Source: an uncultured Alphaproteobacteria bacterium
GTDB lineage: Bacteria > Pseudomonadota > Alphaproteobacteria > RF32 > CAG-239
Assembly: GCA_944393205.1 (NCBI GenBank)
Contig: CALXZI010000004.1
Span: 1-62,777 of the forward strand
DNA: 62,777 nt
Direction of reading: 5' to 3'
The notes beneath the pieces were generated by a model. That model was not told the origin of the DNA. It ran no database searches and worked only from the letters and a program-made list of their open reading frames with translations. The position numbers and the translations under genes were made by a program. Of the stretch, positions 20,406 to 30,903 are shown one piece after another (positions within the stretch are counted from its first letter, which is position 1; each line of letters begins with the position of its first letter).

Positions 20406-21023
20406 TTAGTCAGTTCCGAGAATATCCATGGTGTTAAACAGCAGATTGTTGAAATCTAATCCGGTGTAATCTTCCATGATATTATAAACGCTGGAAAACA
20501 TCAGGCTTAACGGATCATCACCGGCGTTTGAGGTAACGTCTTGAAGGCTTTCTTGCAGCGTTTCTTTATAATCGGCGGGCATTTCTTTTATTTTTTGGTC
20601 GTAGGAATCCGGAATGTTGTATCCCATGTTGCGCAGATGTTCAAGCATGACAATCATGTTGTGACGGTTAACTTCCGGTGCAATCATTTCTTGTCCCATC
20701 GCGGTGGTATAAGTTGTGGCTTCACCAATGTAGTTTAGTTTTCCGTGCTGGCCGCTGCCGCGCCATGTGCGGACGCCGCTGCGGTCCCGTGCACGCGCCC
20801 ATGGGTCAACCGGCAAAATATCGCCGTTGGTAGGGCCTTGATTGTAAATCGGAGAATCTACAATATCACCGCCGGTTCCGTTGCCGATATCTTCACCGAA
20901 ATAACCGTCATTGGGCGCCGGTGGCTGTGGAATCCAAGGATTGGCCGGCAATTGAGCGTACGCAGTTGCTACGCATAGATTGAATGCAAAAGCGGCTGAT
21001 AGTATTGATGAAATCTTAATCAT
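20406..21023 (-). CDS. Secreted hypothetical protein, co-oriented and abutting trmJ
   Basis: GGAGA RBS 6 nt before the ATG at 21023. Signal peptide 'ILSAAFAFNLCVATAYA'. The stop lies 2 nt before the trmJ start. Confidence 0.5.
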   Translation of the reverse strand: MIKISSILSAAFAFNLCVATAYAQLPANPWIPQPPAPNDGYFGEDIGNGTGGDIVDSPIYNQGPTNGDILPVDPWARARDRSGVRTWRGSGQHGKLNYIGEATTYTTAMGQEMIAPEVNRHNMIVMLEHLRNMGYNIPDSYDQKIKEMPADYKETLQESLQDVTSNAGDDPLSLMFSSVYNIMEDYTGLDFNNLLFNTMDILGTD

Positions 21024-21111
21024 GGCAATCTCCATTTAGGCAGCGCATTTTATCATATAACCTTATTATATCACAAAAATAATAAAAGAACAGTTACAAT
21101 ATTGTTGCATT

Positions 21112-21792
21112 TTAATTTTTATTTTTTAACCGGTTTATTTCCTGCTGCAGATGTTTTATCTGAAGTTGCAACTTTTTTATTTCCTCATCTACAGGGTCGG
21201 TTTGGTTTTTATCAACTGCATAAGCGTAAAAGCCTTTAGACGAATCGGATTTTTTTTCGGTTTTATGTGCCGGTACGCCGACCACGGTTTCATTTTTGGC
21301 GACGTTTTTAACCACAACGGCATTGGAACCGATTTTAACATTGTCACTGATTTTAATCGGTCCCAGAATTTGGGCGCCGGAACCTATAATCACATTGTTG
21401 CCGATGGTCGGATGGCGTTTGGTCATAACTTTTCCATTTTTATCAAAAACCGTAGTTCCGCCTAGTGTAACATCATGGTACATTGTAACGTTGTCGCCAA
21501 TTTCGGCGGTTTCACCAATGACCACGCCCATACCGTGATCTATAAAGAAGCCTTTACCGATGCTTGCTCCGGGGTGGATTTCAATACCGGTTAAAAAGCG
21601 TGTGACCTGCGAGAAAAAGCGTGCCGTTAATTTCCAGCCTTTTTGCCAAAGCCAATGGTTGAGGCGGTATAAAGCTATAGCATGGAAACCGGAGGAAAAC
21701 AACGCGGCCTGAAAACGCGAACCAGTGGCTGGATCACGGGCGATGACTGAATCCAAATCTTCTAAAATCAGGGACTTGTTTTTTCTTTTCAT
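21112..21792 (-). CDS. cysE: Serine O-acetyltransferase
   Basis: 'DPATGS...[21 protein letters not shown]', '[34 protein letters not shown]' and hexapeptide repeats. Confidence 0.9.
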   Translation of the reverse strand: MKRKNKSLILEDLDSVIARDPATGSRFQAALFSSGFHAIALYRLNHWLWQKGWKLTARFFSQVTRFLTGIEIHPGASIGKGFFIDHGMGVVIGETAEIGDNVTMYHDVTLGGTTVFDKNGKVMTKRHPTIGNNVIIGSGAQILGPIKISDNVKIGSNAVVVKNVAKNETVVGVPAHKTEKKSDSSKGFYAYAVDKNQTDPVDEEIKKLQLQIKHLQQEINRLKNKN

Positions 21793-21887
21793 TTTATGTA
21801 TATTCCTCCGCAGGTTAACAATTTATTATGAATATGTATGATATTTTAATCAAAAAAAGTAAATTAATGATAAAAAGAGAATAATAC

Positions 21888-22658
21888 ATGGTTGAAGTTT
21901 TGTTTAACGGCCATGCCGGCCGATTGGAAGGGCGTTATCACAAAAGTGATTGTCCGAATGCGCCCATTGCTTTGATTTTGCACCCACATCCGCAATACGG
22001 CGGAACAATGAACAACAAGGTTGTATATAGTTTGTTTAGTTGCTTTAAGGATTTGGGTTTTTCTGTTTTACGCTTTAATTTTAGGAGTGTGGGGCGTTCT
22101 CAAGGACAGTTTGAAGACGGCCCCGGTGAACTTTCCGATGCAACGATAGCTTTGGATTGGCTGCAACATAATAATCCTGATGCACGTCAATGCTGGATTG
22201 CGGGTTATTCCTTCGGCGCATGGATTGCTTTGCAACTCTTGATGCGGCGTCCGGATATCAATAATTTTATTGCCGTTTCACCGCCGGCAAATGAAAAAGA
22301 TTTTTCTTTTCTTGCACCTTGTCCAACTTCCGGTTTGATTGTTCAGGGCGGCATTGATGAAATCGTTAACCCTCAACAAGTGACGACTTTAGCAAAGCGG
22401 TTAAATATGCAACGTAATGTTGCCGTTGATTTTGCCATGATTGAAGAGGGCGACCATATGTATAACAATCATTTGGTGGATTTATACAAGGTGGCAGGCA
22501 ATTATATTTTAGATGTTTTGAGTCGTAAAGCACCGTCAAAAAAACGCCGTGGGCGACGTAAAAAATCCGAAACAGGTGAAAATACCATGCTTTTGGAGGC
22601 CGAAGATGCCGCAATGGCAAGTGAGGCGGATGATAATGATGAGGATATGTTTTTATGA
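21888..22658 (+). CDS. Alpha/beta hydrolase (COG2945-like) with charged C-terminal tail
   Basis: 'LHPHPQYGGTMNNKVV' and nucleophile elbow 'GYSFGAW'. The acidic/basic tail is not part of the fold. Confidence 0.75.
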   Translation: MVEVLFNGHAGRLEGRYHKSDCPNAPIALILHPHPQYGGTMNNKVVYSLFSCFKDLGFSVLRFNFRSVGRSQGQFEDGPGELSDATIALDWLQHNNPDARQCWIAGYSFGAWIALQLLMRRPDINNFIAVSPPANEKDFSFLAPCPTSGLIVQGGIDEIVNPQQVTTLAKRLNMQRNVAVDFAMIEEGDHMYNNHLVDLYKVAGNYILDVLSRKAPSKKRRGRRKKSETGENTMLLEAEDAAMASEADDNDEDMFL

Positions 22659-23551
22659 TATTGCAAAATGCCGCTGATGCCTTGGTTGTGCTTGACAATT
22701 ATCTGGCACAGGTTTTGCAGAGTTTTGATAAAAACGAACATAAGAGCGAATCGACCGCCGAAAGGGCGTGGTTGATAAAAAAAGGGCATACTCATCCGTG
22801 CGAAGTGCATCAACAAATGTTAAATCTGATGCAACAGTCGGAAATTGCTACGGATATCAAAAAGTACGGCGCGGACGAAACAAAATTGGAAATAATTGCT
22901 CTTTTGCATGATTTGGGGCGATTGCATGAAATCAATCCACAAAGCGGAAAGTTCCAAAGGATACAAGATGTTCAGCCGTGCAGTCATGGCGATTTGAGCG
23001 CTCAAATGTTGCGAGAAGCCGGTGAAGATGATTGGGAAATTCTGTTGCCGGTTAAATATCATGATAGATATGATTGCAAAAAGAATCTTTTTGCAGATGC
23101 AGACTACCAAAAACTTCCGAATGTTGAACGCGAACGTATTTACTTTATGTGGCGTTTGTTAACGGATGCCGATCGGTTGGGAAATTTTGCGGTGATTGCA
23201 AAAATCGGGTTGCAAGGTATGTCCGAATTATTTGATAACAGGCTACATTCTTATGCTAAAATAAGCTCTGAAATACAAAACGCTATTATGGCAGGGAATT
23301 TTTTCTCCGAGGGAAGTTTTGATTGGCGGCAAACGTATGCTGATGTATGGGTGGTTATTATGGATATGATTACCTTATTGCATTTTGATTATAGTCGGCA
23401 GGTTTTTATCAAAAATTATCTTCCGCAGATGAAAAATTTTTTGTTTCAAGAAATAAAACAAGCGCCGGCAACGGAAGGAGAACGAGCCGATGCTTTTGCT
23501 TTTTTGCAGCGTTTTTATGAGAAACTAAATAAAGAATACATCAGATTTTGA
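22655..23551 (+). CDS. HD-domain protein (metal-dependent phosphohydrolase superfamily)
   Basis: 'IIALLHDLGR', 'KYHDRYD' and 'LTDADRLGN'. The start ATG overlaps the upstream stop (ATGA). Confidence 0.7.
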   Translation: MILQNAADALVVLDNYLAQVLQSFDKNEHKSESTAERAWLIKKGHTHPCEVHQQMLNLMQQSEIATDIKKYGADETKLEIIALLHDLGRLHEINPQSGKFQRIQDVQPCSHGDLSAQMLREAGEDDWEILLPVKYHDRYDCKKNLFADADYQKLPNVERERIYFMWRLLTDADRLGNFAVIAKIGLQGMSELFDNRLHSYAKISSEIQNAIMAGNFFSEGSFDWRQTYADVWVVIMDMITLLHFDYSRQVFIKNYLPQMKNFLFQEIKQAPATEGERADAFAFLQRFYEKLNKEYIRF

Positions 23552-23568
23552 TTTTATCTTTAAAGTGT

Positions 23569-23597
23569 AAAAAAAGCGCCGAAATGGCGCTTTTTTA
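23569..23597. terminator. Bidirectional intrinsic terminator
   Basis: AAAAAAAGCGCC-GAAAT-GGCGCTTTTTT. Confidence 0.75.
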
Positions 23598-23603
23598 AGT
23601 TTG

Positions 23604-25352
23604 TTATCTTCTGCGCAGAAAAGATGGAATATCCAGATTTTCCATATCTTCATCATTAGAAGAAACCAAATCTTCCGGTTCTTCGGCATTAAAACGCGGT
23701 GAAATCGGTTCAGAATATTGTTCCCGACGATTTTTACGCGCACGGGATATGCCCAAAATTTTATCAATAAAATTAGGCTTATCTGCCGGCGGTTCATTGA
23801 TAATTTCTTTTTCTTCGGATTTGCTGGAGAAAATATTTTCCTGTTCAGGGAACAAAATCGGTTCTTCCTCAATGGTACTGACAGAAGTTTTGCTTACAAA
23901 AACATCCTTGTCATCAGGAATGAAATTTTCAAAGCGTTCGTTTTCTGTATTGTTATATTCGGATTGAGGGGTTTTATTGATGATGGCACTGAATAAGGCC
24001 GAAGCTTGAGGTGTTTCCGGCATTACTTTAGATTTTTCCAACATATCAAAATCTTCAAATTTGGAAAAATCGGCCGATGCATCAAGATTTTCTTCAGTGT
24101 TTTCTTCGGCAGGAGATTCTTGTGGAAGATTTTGATCGTCAGGTGCGCTGATATCTTGTGACGATGGTATAGATTCATTGAATTGCGGTTCAGACTGCGT
24201 GTTTTCGGATGAAACGATCTCATCGGCAATCGTGTGGCTGTTGGCGGCAAAGCGCTCCAAATTAGCCTCCATATCCGAACTATTGGTCGGTGCGGCAATA
24301 TCTTGTTCGGTCGCCGGCATATAGCTGGCATCAATGTAGGCTGCCGAGTTATTCAACTTTTCTTTCATACGGGAACCGGGGCGGCCGTCTATACCGGTTA
24401 CCACGATTGAAACCCGAATTTTTCCGGCAAGCGAATCATCGTAACTGGAACCGAAAATAATGTTGGCATCATCATCAACTTCTTGTTTAATAATGTTGGC
24501 GGCTTCATCAATTTCCATCAAGGTAATATCGTTGCCGCCGGTGATGTTGATAAGAACACCTTTGGCGCCTTTCATGGAACAGTCATCCAACAACGGATTG
24601 GAAAGGGCTTGTTCGGCAGCTACCCGAGCGCGGTTTTCACCTTCGGCTTCGCCTGTTCCCATGATGGCCTTTCCTTTATCTTCCATAATGCTTTTGATGT
24701 CGGCAAAATCAAGATTAATCAAACCCGGCATCATCATCAAATCCGTGATGGAACGTACACCGGAATACAAAACATTATCGGCCATCAAAAAAGCATCGGC
24801 GAGTGTTGTATTTTTATCGGCAATTCGGAACAAATTTTGGTTAGGGATAATAATGATGCTATCTACTTCTTCAGTAAATTTGGCCACAGCGTCTTCTGCG
24901 GTTTCCATTCTTTTTTTGCCTTCAAAATCAAATGGTTTTGTGACAACGCCAACTGTTAAGATGCCTTTATCTTTCGCAATTTTTGCCACAACAGGAGCTG
25001 CTCCGGAACCCGTACCGCCGCCCATTCCTGCGGTTATGAAAACCATATTGGAACCTTCAAGTTCTTTTTCAATTTCTTCTTTAGCTTCTTCAGCGGCCAT
25101 TTTTCCGATTTCCGGACGTGCGCCGGCGCCTAGTCCCTGTGTGATTTCCAAACCGAGCTGAATTTTTCGTCCGGCTGATGAATGTGCCAGAGCTTGAGCA
25201 TCGGTATTTGCCACGATAAAATCTACGCCTTCCAAATTTTTGGCAATCATGTTATTGACGGCGTTACCACCGCCGCCACCAATTCCGATAACGGCGATTC
25301 GGGGTTTTAAATGGGTAATGTTGGTATCTGCTACTGACAAGTTAATGGACAT
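23604..25352 (-). CDS. ftsZ: Cell division GTPase FtsZ with long disordered C-terminal linker
   Basis: '[21 protein letters not shown]', '[12 protein letters not shown]' and the C-terminal peptide '[10 protein letters not shown]'. The ATG at 25352 has GGGGAG upstream; the track start at 25370 is TTG. Confidence 0.95.
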   Translation of the reverse strand: MSINLSVADTNITHLKPRIAVIGIGGGGGNAVNNMIAKNLEGVDFIVANTDAQALAHSSAGRKIQLGLEITQGLGAGARPEIGKMAAEEAKEEIEKELEGSNMVFITAGMGGGTGSGAAPVVAKIAKDKGILTVGVVTKPFDFEGKKRMETAEDAVAKFTEEVDSIIIIPNQNLFRIADKNTTLADAFLMADNVLYSGVRSITDLMMMPGLINLDFADIKSIMEDKGKAIMGTGEAEGENRARVAAEQALSNPLLDDCSMKGAKGVLINITGGNDITLMEIDEAANIIKQEVDDDANIIFGSSYDDSLAGKIRVSIVVTGIDGRPGSRMKEKLNNSAAYIDASYMPATEQDIAAPTNSSDMEANLERFAANSHTIADEIVSSENTQSEPQFNESIPSSQDISAPDDQNLPQESPAEENTEENLDASADFSKFEDFDMLEKSKVMPETPQASALFSAIINKTPQSEYNNTENERFENFIPDDKDVFVSKTSVSTIEEEPILFPEQENIFSSKSEEKEIINEPPADKPNFIDKILGISRARKNRREQYSEPISPRFNAEEPEDLVSSNDEDMENLDIPSFLRRR

Positions 25353-25459
25353 AAGTGTGTTACTCCCCAAAAAATTCTTTTCATTATGTGCAGAATATAA
25401 AAAATAAATTAAGTTTTGGTTACCAAAGCTTAATATCCGCGCTTAAAACATGTTTTGAA

Positions 25460-26713
25460 TCAGAAATTTTGTTTAAACCAACTTAAAATCTTGTTAAATC
25501 CGCCAATTTCCACGGATTGGCGAGTGGATAATTTTACCGGTTTTCGTTCATTGTAATTCAGTGCAAATAACAACATTCCTAGCGCAACGGAAAAAATCGG
25601 ATCATATAAGGTTTTGGGAATACTCGGAATATTGCGCGGAATGCCCAATCGCACTTGTTTGTCAAGCACCAACGCTGCAACATCACGGATGCCCGGAAGC
25701 TGGCTGGTGCCGCCGGTTAAAACAACACGATGGCTTGATAAGTCTTTTAATCCATGCTCGTTTAATTTGTGTCCGACCATTTCAAATATTTCTTCTACAC
25801 GCGGGGCGATGATGTTAATCAAATCAGATTTGTGAATTTGGCGGATGGAGTTGTCGTCTTCTTCGCCGACGGGATACACATTGATGCTTTCAGTTTCATC
25901 CTGACTTATCAAAAATGCACATCCATGACGGTTTTTCAAGTCTTCGGCGTGAGCGAAAGAGGTTGTCAACCCCCAAGCAATATCATTGGTGATGTTGTTG
26001 CCTCCGACGGGAATCGTGGAAAAATGAATCGGAAATCCGTTTTTAAAGGTGGCGATACTTGTTGTTCCACCGCCGATATCTACAATCGTCGCGCCGATTT
26101 CTTTTTCATCGTCAACCAGACAGGCTAGACCAGATGCGTATGCGGAAAAAGCACGTTCGGCAATTTCCAAATGTGCGTTTTCAATAACTGCTGATAAATT
26201 TTTATACAGCATGGAAGGGTAAAAACCCAACATCACGTCCAAACTCAAATTATCACCGAAGATGTCGCGCGGATCTTTAACGGGTTCGCCTTTATCAATC
26301 CGATAATTGGTAGGTAAGCAATGAATCAGCTCATTATCGGCAAGATTGATTCGCGCTGTACATTTGGCAATCAGTTTTTCTATGTCTGTTTCTGATACGG
26401 GGCGGTTCTTGTGAAGGGAGACCGATGCATCGCGTATCAAGCTGCGCGTTTTTTCACCCGAAACGTTAATGATGACACGGCTTATTCTTTCATTGGCCAT
26501 TTGTTCGGCAGTTTCAACGGCATTGCATACGGACAGAGTCGCTTGATTGATATCGGTAATGATGCCGTTTTTGATGCCATGAGAGGCGTTATAGCCATGG
26601 CCGACGATTTCAATTCTTTTATCCCGACCAATATGGGCAATCAAACAGCATACTTTAGATGATCCGATATCCAAAGTTGCCAAAGTTGAAGGCCGGTTAA
26701 AAGAATGATTCAC
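25460..26713 (-). CDS. ftsA: Cell division protein FtsA
   Basis: Actin-like ATPase motifs 'LDIGSSKVCCLIA', 'DIGGGTTS' and 'VVLTGGTSQLPGI'. GTG start 5-6 nt after GGAGG. Confidence 0.93.
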   Translation of the reverse strand: MNHSFNRPSTLATLDIGSSKVCCLIAHIGRDKRIEIVGHGYNASHGIKNGIITDINQATLSVCNAVETAEQMANERISRVIINVSGEKTRSLIRDASVSLHKNRPVSETDIEKLIAKCTARINLADNELIHCLPTNYRIDKGEPVKDPRDIFGDNLSLDVMLGFYPSMLYKNLSAVIENAHLEIAERAFSAYASGLACLVDDEKEIGATIVDIGGGTTSIATFKNGFPIHFSTIPVGGNNITNDIAWGLTTSFAHAEDLKNRHGCAFLISQDETESINVYPVGEEDDNSIRQIHKSDLINIIAPRVEEIFEMVGHKLNEHGLKDLSSHRVVLTGGTSQLPGIRDVAALVLDKQVRLGIPRNIPSIPKTLYDPIFSVALGMLLFALNYNERKPVKLSTRQSVEIGGFNKILSWFKQNF

Positions 26714-26735
26714 TTGTTCCTCCTAAAGTTTTTGC

Positions 26736-27587
26736 TTAACCAGAAGTATTGGTATCATCTATGGTGACACTTATCTTATTTTGATAGCGTAAATCAATGA
26801 TGGTTAATTTACGTTTAAGAAGGCCGTGTTTTAAATTGATGTCGTTAAATTTTTCCCATGCTTGCTTGAGATTTTCTTCAGGAAGTTTGATGGTTATTCC
26901 GTCTTTGATGTCATCAACAATAACATCCCAACGTCGGTTGGCATGTAAAACGGCGGCTTTGATGCGTTGATTTAACTCGGGCGTGGTTGAGGTTATTTTC
27001 AACAAATCGTTTATTTTTTCCGGCGCCTTGCGGCCGACAATAATTAAAATCGGTTGGTGCGGCGTATAGGCGGCATCTATCAATTTGCCGGTTGTATCTA
27101 CGGGGTAAAATCGGTTGCCGTATTGCCATAGGGCGATTACTTCTTTTTCTTCAAGTTTTATTTGCAAAACATTTGGGAAAAAACGACGTTTGACACTGGC
27201 ATTTTTTACCCACGGCAATTCTTCAAGCTTGATTTTGAGCTCTTGCAAATCAGTTTCCAAGATATTGTTATTGCGGGTTAAACCAATTTGATTGCGCAAA
27301 TCCTGAAGATTTGTTTTTTGCCGTCCTTGAATGAGAATATCGTCTATCGCCCAGCCGTGTTTTAAGGTGATTTCATAAAAGCGGTACATCAGATTGTCAA
27401 ATTTTTTATTAATTAAATCATCTCGGAAGGTGACTAATATCAAAGCGCAAGCCGCAATCAAAGATAACATCAACACATTTCCCAAAAAGCGTTGCGGTGC
27501 TTGCGCCTGAAGCATAAGCCGTTTTTTGCTTTGAAGCGGTTTTTCCCGCTTGTTTTGCGTAATTTTTTTGAAGATGCCGCCAATCAT
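26736..27587 (-). CDS. ftsQ: Cell division protein FtsQ
   Basis: Single N-terminal transmembrane helix, then a POTRA-like region 'ILIQGRQKTNLQDL' and 'LPWVKNASVKRRFPNVLQIKLEEK'. Position between murB and ftsA. Confidence 0.8.
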   Translation of the reverse strand: MIGGIFKKITQNKREKPLQSKKRLMLQAQAPQRFLGNVLMLSLIAACALILVTFRDDLINKKFDNLMYRFYEITLKHGWAIDDILIQGRQKTNLQDLRNQIGLTRNNNILETDLQELKIKLEELPWVKNASVKRRFFPNVLQIKLEEKEVIALWQYGNRFYPVDTTGKLIDAAYTPHQPILIIVGRKAPEKINDLLKITSTTPELNQRIKAAVLHANRRWDVIVDDIKDGITIKLPEENLKQAWEKFNDINLKHGLLKRKLTIIDLRYQNKISVTIDDTNTSG

Positions 27588-27590
27588 GAT

Positions 27591-28511
27591 TTATTTGCCG
27601 ATTCCTATTTTTTTAATTTCCCATTCCAAAGTTATGGAAGTTTTTTCTTTGACTTTGGATATAATTGTGTCGCCCAATGTTTCTATATCAGCGGCAGTAG
27701 CTTTGCCGGTATTGATTAAAAAATTGCAATGTTTTTCCGAAACTTTGGCACCGCCGATTTGTAAATCGGCACAGCCGGATTTTTTGATGAGTTCCCAAGC
27801 TTTTAACCCTTCCGGATTCTTAAATGTTGAGCCGGCGGTTTTTTCATTATACGGCTGGTTTTTTATACGATATTGTCGGTGTTCTTCCAAAATTTTGGCA
27901 ATGGTTTCGGGGGTGCTTTTTTCGGTTTTTAATGTTACGGAGATGATAATCCAATCATCGGGGAAAAAGCTATTGCGATAAGATAGCTGAAAATCAGCCG
28001 GCGGGATGTCTTTTACTTCCCCGTTGTCGTTGATTATGGTGGCACCGATTAATACATCTTTGATACATTTGCCAAAACATCCGGCGTTGGTCTTAATAGA
28101 CCCGCCGATGCATCCGGGGATGGAACATAAAAATTCCAATCCGCCAAGCTTGTTGGTAAGCAAAACTTTTTTCAGGTCAATATTTTTGACTCCGGCAAAA
28201 CAGGTAATAGAGTCGTTGTTTATATTAATTCGGCGAAACCATGGCGCGTCAAGTTTGATGACCACGCCGGGAATACCGCCGTCGCGTACCAAAAGATTAG
28301 AACCGCCGCCGATTAGACTTAACGGAATGTTATACGGACGCCGCATCAAAAAATGACGCAAATCTTCCAAGTCTTCGGGAAAAAACATCACTTCCGCCGG
28401 TCCTCCGACACCAAACCATGTATATTTGCTTAAAGGCACGTTTTTTAAATATTTGCCGCGTACTTCCGGCAGCATATTCGTCCATGATTTCTTAAATAAA
28501 TTATCAAACAT
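27591..28511 (-). CDS. murB: UDP-N-acetylenolpyruvoylglucosamine reductase
   Basis: 'TWFGVGGPAEVMFFP', 'IGGGSNLLVRDGGIPGVVI' and 'GSTFKNP'. The ATG at 28511 follows GAGG; the track start at 28607 would overlap ftsW. Confidence 0.9.
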   Translation of the reverse strand: MFDNLFKKSWTNMLPEVRGKYLKNVPLSKYTWFGVGGPAEVMFFPEDLEDLRHFLMRRPYNIPLSLIGGGSNLLVRDGGIPGVVIKLDAPWFRRININNDSITCFAGVKNIDLKKVLLTNKLGGLEFLCSIPGCIGGSIKTNAGCFGKCIKDVLIGATIINDNGEVKDIPPADFQLSYRNSFFPDDWIIISVTLKTEKSTPETIAKILEEHRQYRIKNQPYNEKTAGSTFKNPEGLKAWELIKKSGCADLQIGGAKVSEKHCNFLINTGKATAADIETLGDTIISKVKEKTSITLEWEIKKIGIGK

Positions 28512-28524
28512 TGTTTTGTTCCTC

Positions 28525-29658
28525 TTAAAACGATCCGTCTTTATCTTCGGCAGACGAGTTTTTCCGTGTGATTGCCAGTAGCATACCAATGGTGATGGCT
28601 GATGCAAACAGCGATGAACCGCCGTAAGATATGAAAGGTAGCGTCATGCCTTTTGTCGGCATTAAATGCAACGATGAGGCCATGTTAATTATACTTTGCA
28701 GACCGAGCGAAGCGGCCAGACCGGCCGAGGCGTATATTATAAATAAGTTGTTGTCTTTTAATGACAGCAAAAGCGAACGTATGACAATAATGCCAAAAAG
28801 GGTGATAATGATAAGACATAACCAGATGCCGAATTCTTCACCGGCAACCGAGAAAATGAAATCTGTGTGCGCATCGGGCAGATTTAATTTGACGACGCCT
28901 TCACCGGGGCCGCGGCCCAAAAGGTTGCCACTTTCAAACGATTCTAAAGATTTACGCACTTGATAACCCAGATTATCGCCGGAAGCCAAAAACTGCTGTA
29001 CACGATCATGTACGTGATCAAAAGTAAAATAAGCTCCGACGGCTCCGGCAACAGCAATCAAAATCAATACGGCAACCAATATTATTGGTAAACCGGCTAA
29101 AAACAACTGAAAACCCCAAATGCATGAAACGACAATCGTCATACCGACATCAGGCTGCATTAAGAGTATTCCGGCTGTTAAAGCGAACAGTCCGGCAGAC
29201 AGAACACCGCCGGGAAAATCTTCAAATTTTTTACTACCATCCAACAGCCACGCCGATACGACGACAAAAGTCGGTTTGATAAATTCGGAGGGTTGCAATG
29301 AAAAACCAAAAATGCGTATCCAACGTGATGCACCTTTGGTTTCATAGCCGGCAAACAGTGTGATAAGCATTAAGAGAAGTGTTAAAACGTAGCCGATAAT
29401 GGCAATGCGACGAATGGTTTTTAGTCGTTGAAAAGATAGGGCTAAAATAATTAATGACGAGACGCCGATAAAGACGATTTGCCGTTTGATGAAATGATAA
29501 TCGTCAAACCCGATGCGGCGGGCAACGGAAGGACTGGCTGAAAAAACCAAAAATGCGCCGATAAATATCAAGACCAGCGTCAAACTCAATGTGACCTTAT
29601 CAACGGTCCACCACCAGTTTGCCAATCGGCTACGGCTTAATCTTGAAAATGCAAACAC
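28525..29658 (-). CDS. ftsW: SEDS-family peptidoglycan polymerase FtsW
   Basis: 10-TM protein with 'QPSEFIKP', 'PDAHTDFIF' and 'LPFISYGGSS'. GTG start after GGGAGG. dcw context. Confidence 0.88.
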   Translation of the reverse strand: MFAFSRLSRSRLANWWWTVDKVTLSLTLVLIFIGAFLVFSASPSVARRIGFDDYHFIKRQIVFIGVSSLIILALSFQRLKTIRRIAIIGYVLTLLLMLITLFAGYETKGASRWIRIFGFSLQPSEFIKPTFVVVSAWLLDGSKKFEDFPGGVLSAGLFALTAGILLMQPDVGMTIVVSCIWGFQLFLAGLPIILVAVLILIAVAGAVGAYFTFDHVHDRVQQFLASGDNLGYQVRKSLESFESGNLLGRGPGEGVVKLNLPDAHTDFIFSVAGEEFGIWLCLIIITLFGIIVIRSLLLSLKDNNLFIIYASAGLAASLGLQSIINMASSLHLMPTKGMTLPFISYGGSSLFASAITIGMLLAITRKNSSAEDKDGSF

Positions 29659-29679
29659 TTTTACCTCCCAGATCTATAA

Positions 29680-30726
29680 TTAAATAAGCGCAGCCAATCC
29701 GAGCAGGGCAAATACAAATCCAGCCAACCAAAAACGAAGAACAATCGTCGTTTCTTTCCAACCAAGCTGCTCAAAATGATGATGTATCGGCGCCATTTTG
29801 AAGAAACGTTTGCCGGTTTTTTTGTACCAGAAAACCTGAATCATCACCGAAAGTGTTTCAATAACAAACATACCACCGGCAACGGCGAGTAAAATTTCTT
29901 GTTTAACGATGACGGCTACTGTTCCGAGCAGAGCGCCCAACGCAAGCGATCCCGTATCGCCCATAAAAACCTTTGCTTTTGGTGCGTTAAAGCGTAAAAA
30001 GCCCAAACAAGAGCCTATCACTGCGGCGCAGACAACGCAAATTTCGGCACTACGGGGAATGTAAACAAAAGAAAAATCTTCAGCAAGAGGTGAGCCGGTG
30101 ATATAAGCGATAATGACAAAAAATGAAAATGCAAGAATTAATAAACCGGAAGCCAGACCATCCAAACCATCGCTTAAGTTCACACCGTTGGAAGCGCCGG
30201 AAATGACAATGACGGCGAAAGGAATGTAAAGCCAAGAAAGATTAATTACGGTTTTAAAATAAGGTATGGAAAGAACGGTGTCTGCCGCGTTGGGGGTGGC
30301 GGCGGTAATGATGGTGACGGCGGCAACGGCGGTCATAAATTGAATAAACAATTTGGCTTTTGCAGTTAAAGCGTTTGGTGTCTCTTTGGTGACTTTAATA
30401 TAATCGTCAATAAAGCCGGCCGCGCCGTAAATTAACATTACAAGTAAACTAACCCATACAAAATGATAAGTGATATTGGCAAACAAAACAATGGACATTG
30501 CTGCCGTGCCTAAAATCAGCAGGCCGCCCATGGTCGGGGTGCCTTGTTTGGTGGCCAAATGGCTCTGCGGTCCTTCGGCACGTATCGGTTGGCCATGATG
30601 TTGGTGACGGTGTAATAATGATATAACACGGCCGCCCAAGAGCAAAGATAGTAAAAGTGCGGTCAGAAAAGCTGCGGAGGCACGGATTAAAACCGGTATT
30701 TCAATTTGTTGCCATAATAAAAGCAT
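29680..30726 (-). CDS. mraY: Phospho-N-acetylmuramoyl-pentapeptide transferase
   Basis: 'TPTMGGLLIL', 'GFIDDYIKV', 'NGVNLSDGLDGLA', 'MGDTGSLALG' and 'APIHHHFE'. Confidence 0.95.
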   Translation of the reverse strand: MLLLWQQIEIPVLIRASAAFLTALLLSLLLGGRVISLLHRHQHHGQPIRAEGPQSHLATKQGTPTMGGLLILGTAAMSIVLFANITYHFVWVSLLVMLIYGAAGFIDDYIKVTKETPNALTAKAKLFIQFMTAVAAVTIITAATPNAADTVLSIPYFKTVINLSWLYIPFAVIVISGASNGVNLSDGLDGLASGLLILAFSFFVIIAYITGSPLAEDFSFVYIPRSAEICVVCAAVIGSCLGFLRFNAPKAKVFMGDTGSLALGALLGTVAVIVKQEILLAVAGGMFVIETLSVMIQVFWYKKTGKRFFKMAPIHHHFEQLGWKETTIVLRFWLAGFVFALLGLAALI

Positions 30727-30903
30727 TGTTGTTGTTCCTTTATGAATTGATTATCAAAAACAGGATAAACGCAAATATTAAAATAAGTCTTAATGTTAGA
30801 TGGTTTTTCAGTTTGTCTTCCGGCTTGTATATAACTTTAAAAGCATTTGAAATTTTGTATGCGGCTGTTATGCTTTAATTCAGATAAAAAAGGAGAAAAA
30901 ACA

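Noticed and set aside
24460-25161. Long antisense ORFs inside strong genes. Examples: 233 aa opposite ftsZ, 244 aa at 35504-36238 opposite nifJ, 196 aa at 12869-13459 opposite glgB, 148 aa at 47162-47608 opposite birA.
   Set aside because: They lie entirely within well-supported conserved genes, have low-complexity or odd composition, and lack an RBS. They are typical shadow ORFs.
28512-28607. N-terminally extended ORF-track starts: murB 28607, ackA 55140, pta 56125, folA 30847, malQ 17045, XRE 8192, AI-2E 53802.
   Set aside because: In each case an internal ATG preceded by a well-spaced GGAG-type RBS gives an N-terminus matching the family. The extension overlaps a neighbouring gene or terminator, or starts at TTG without an RBS.
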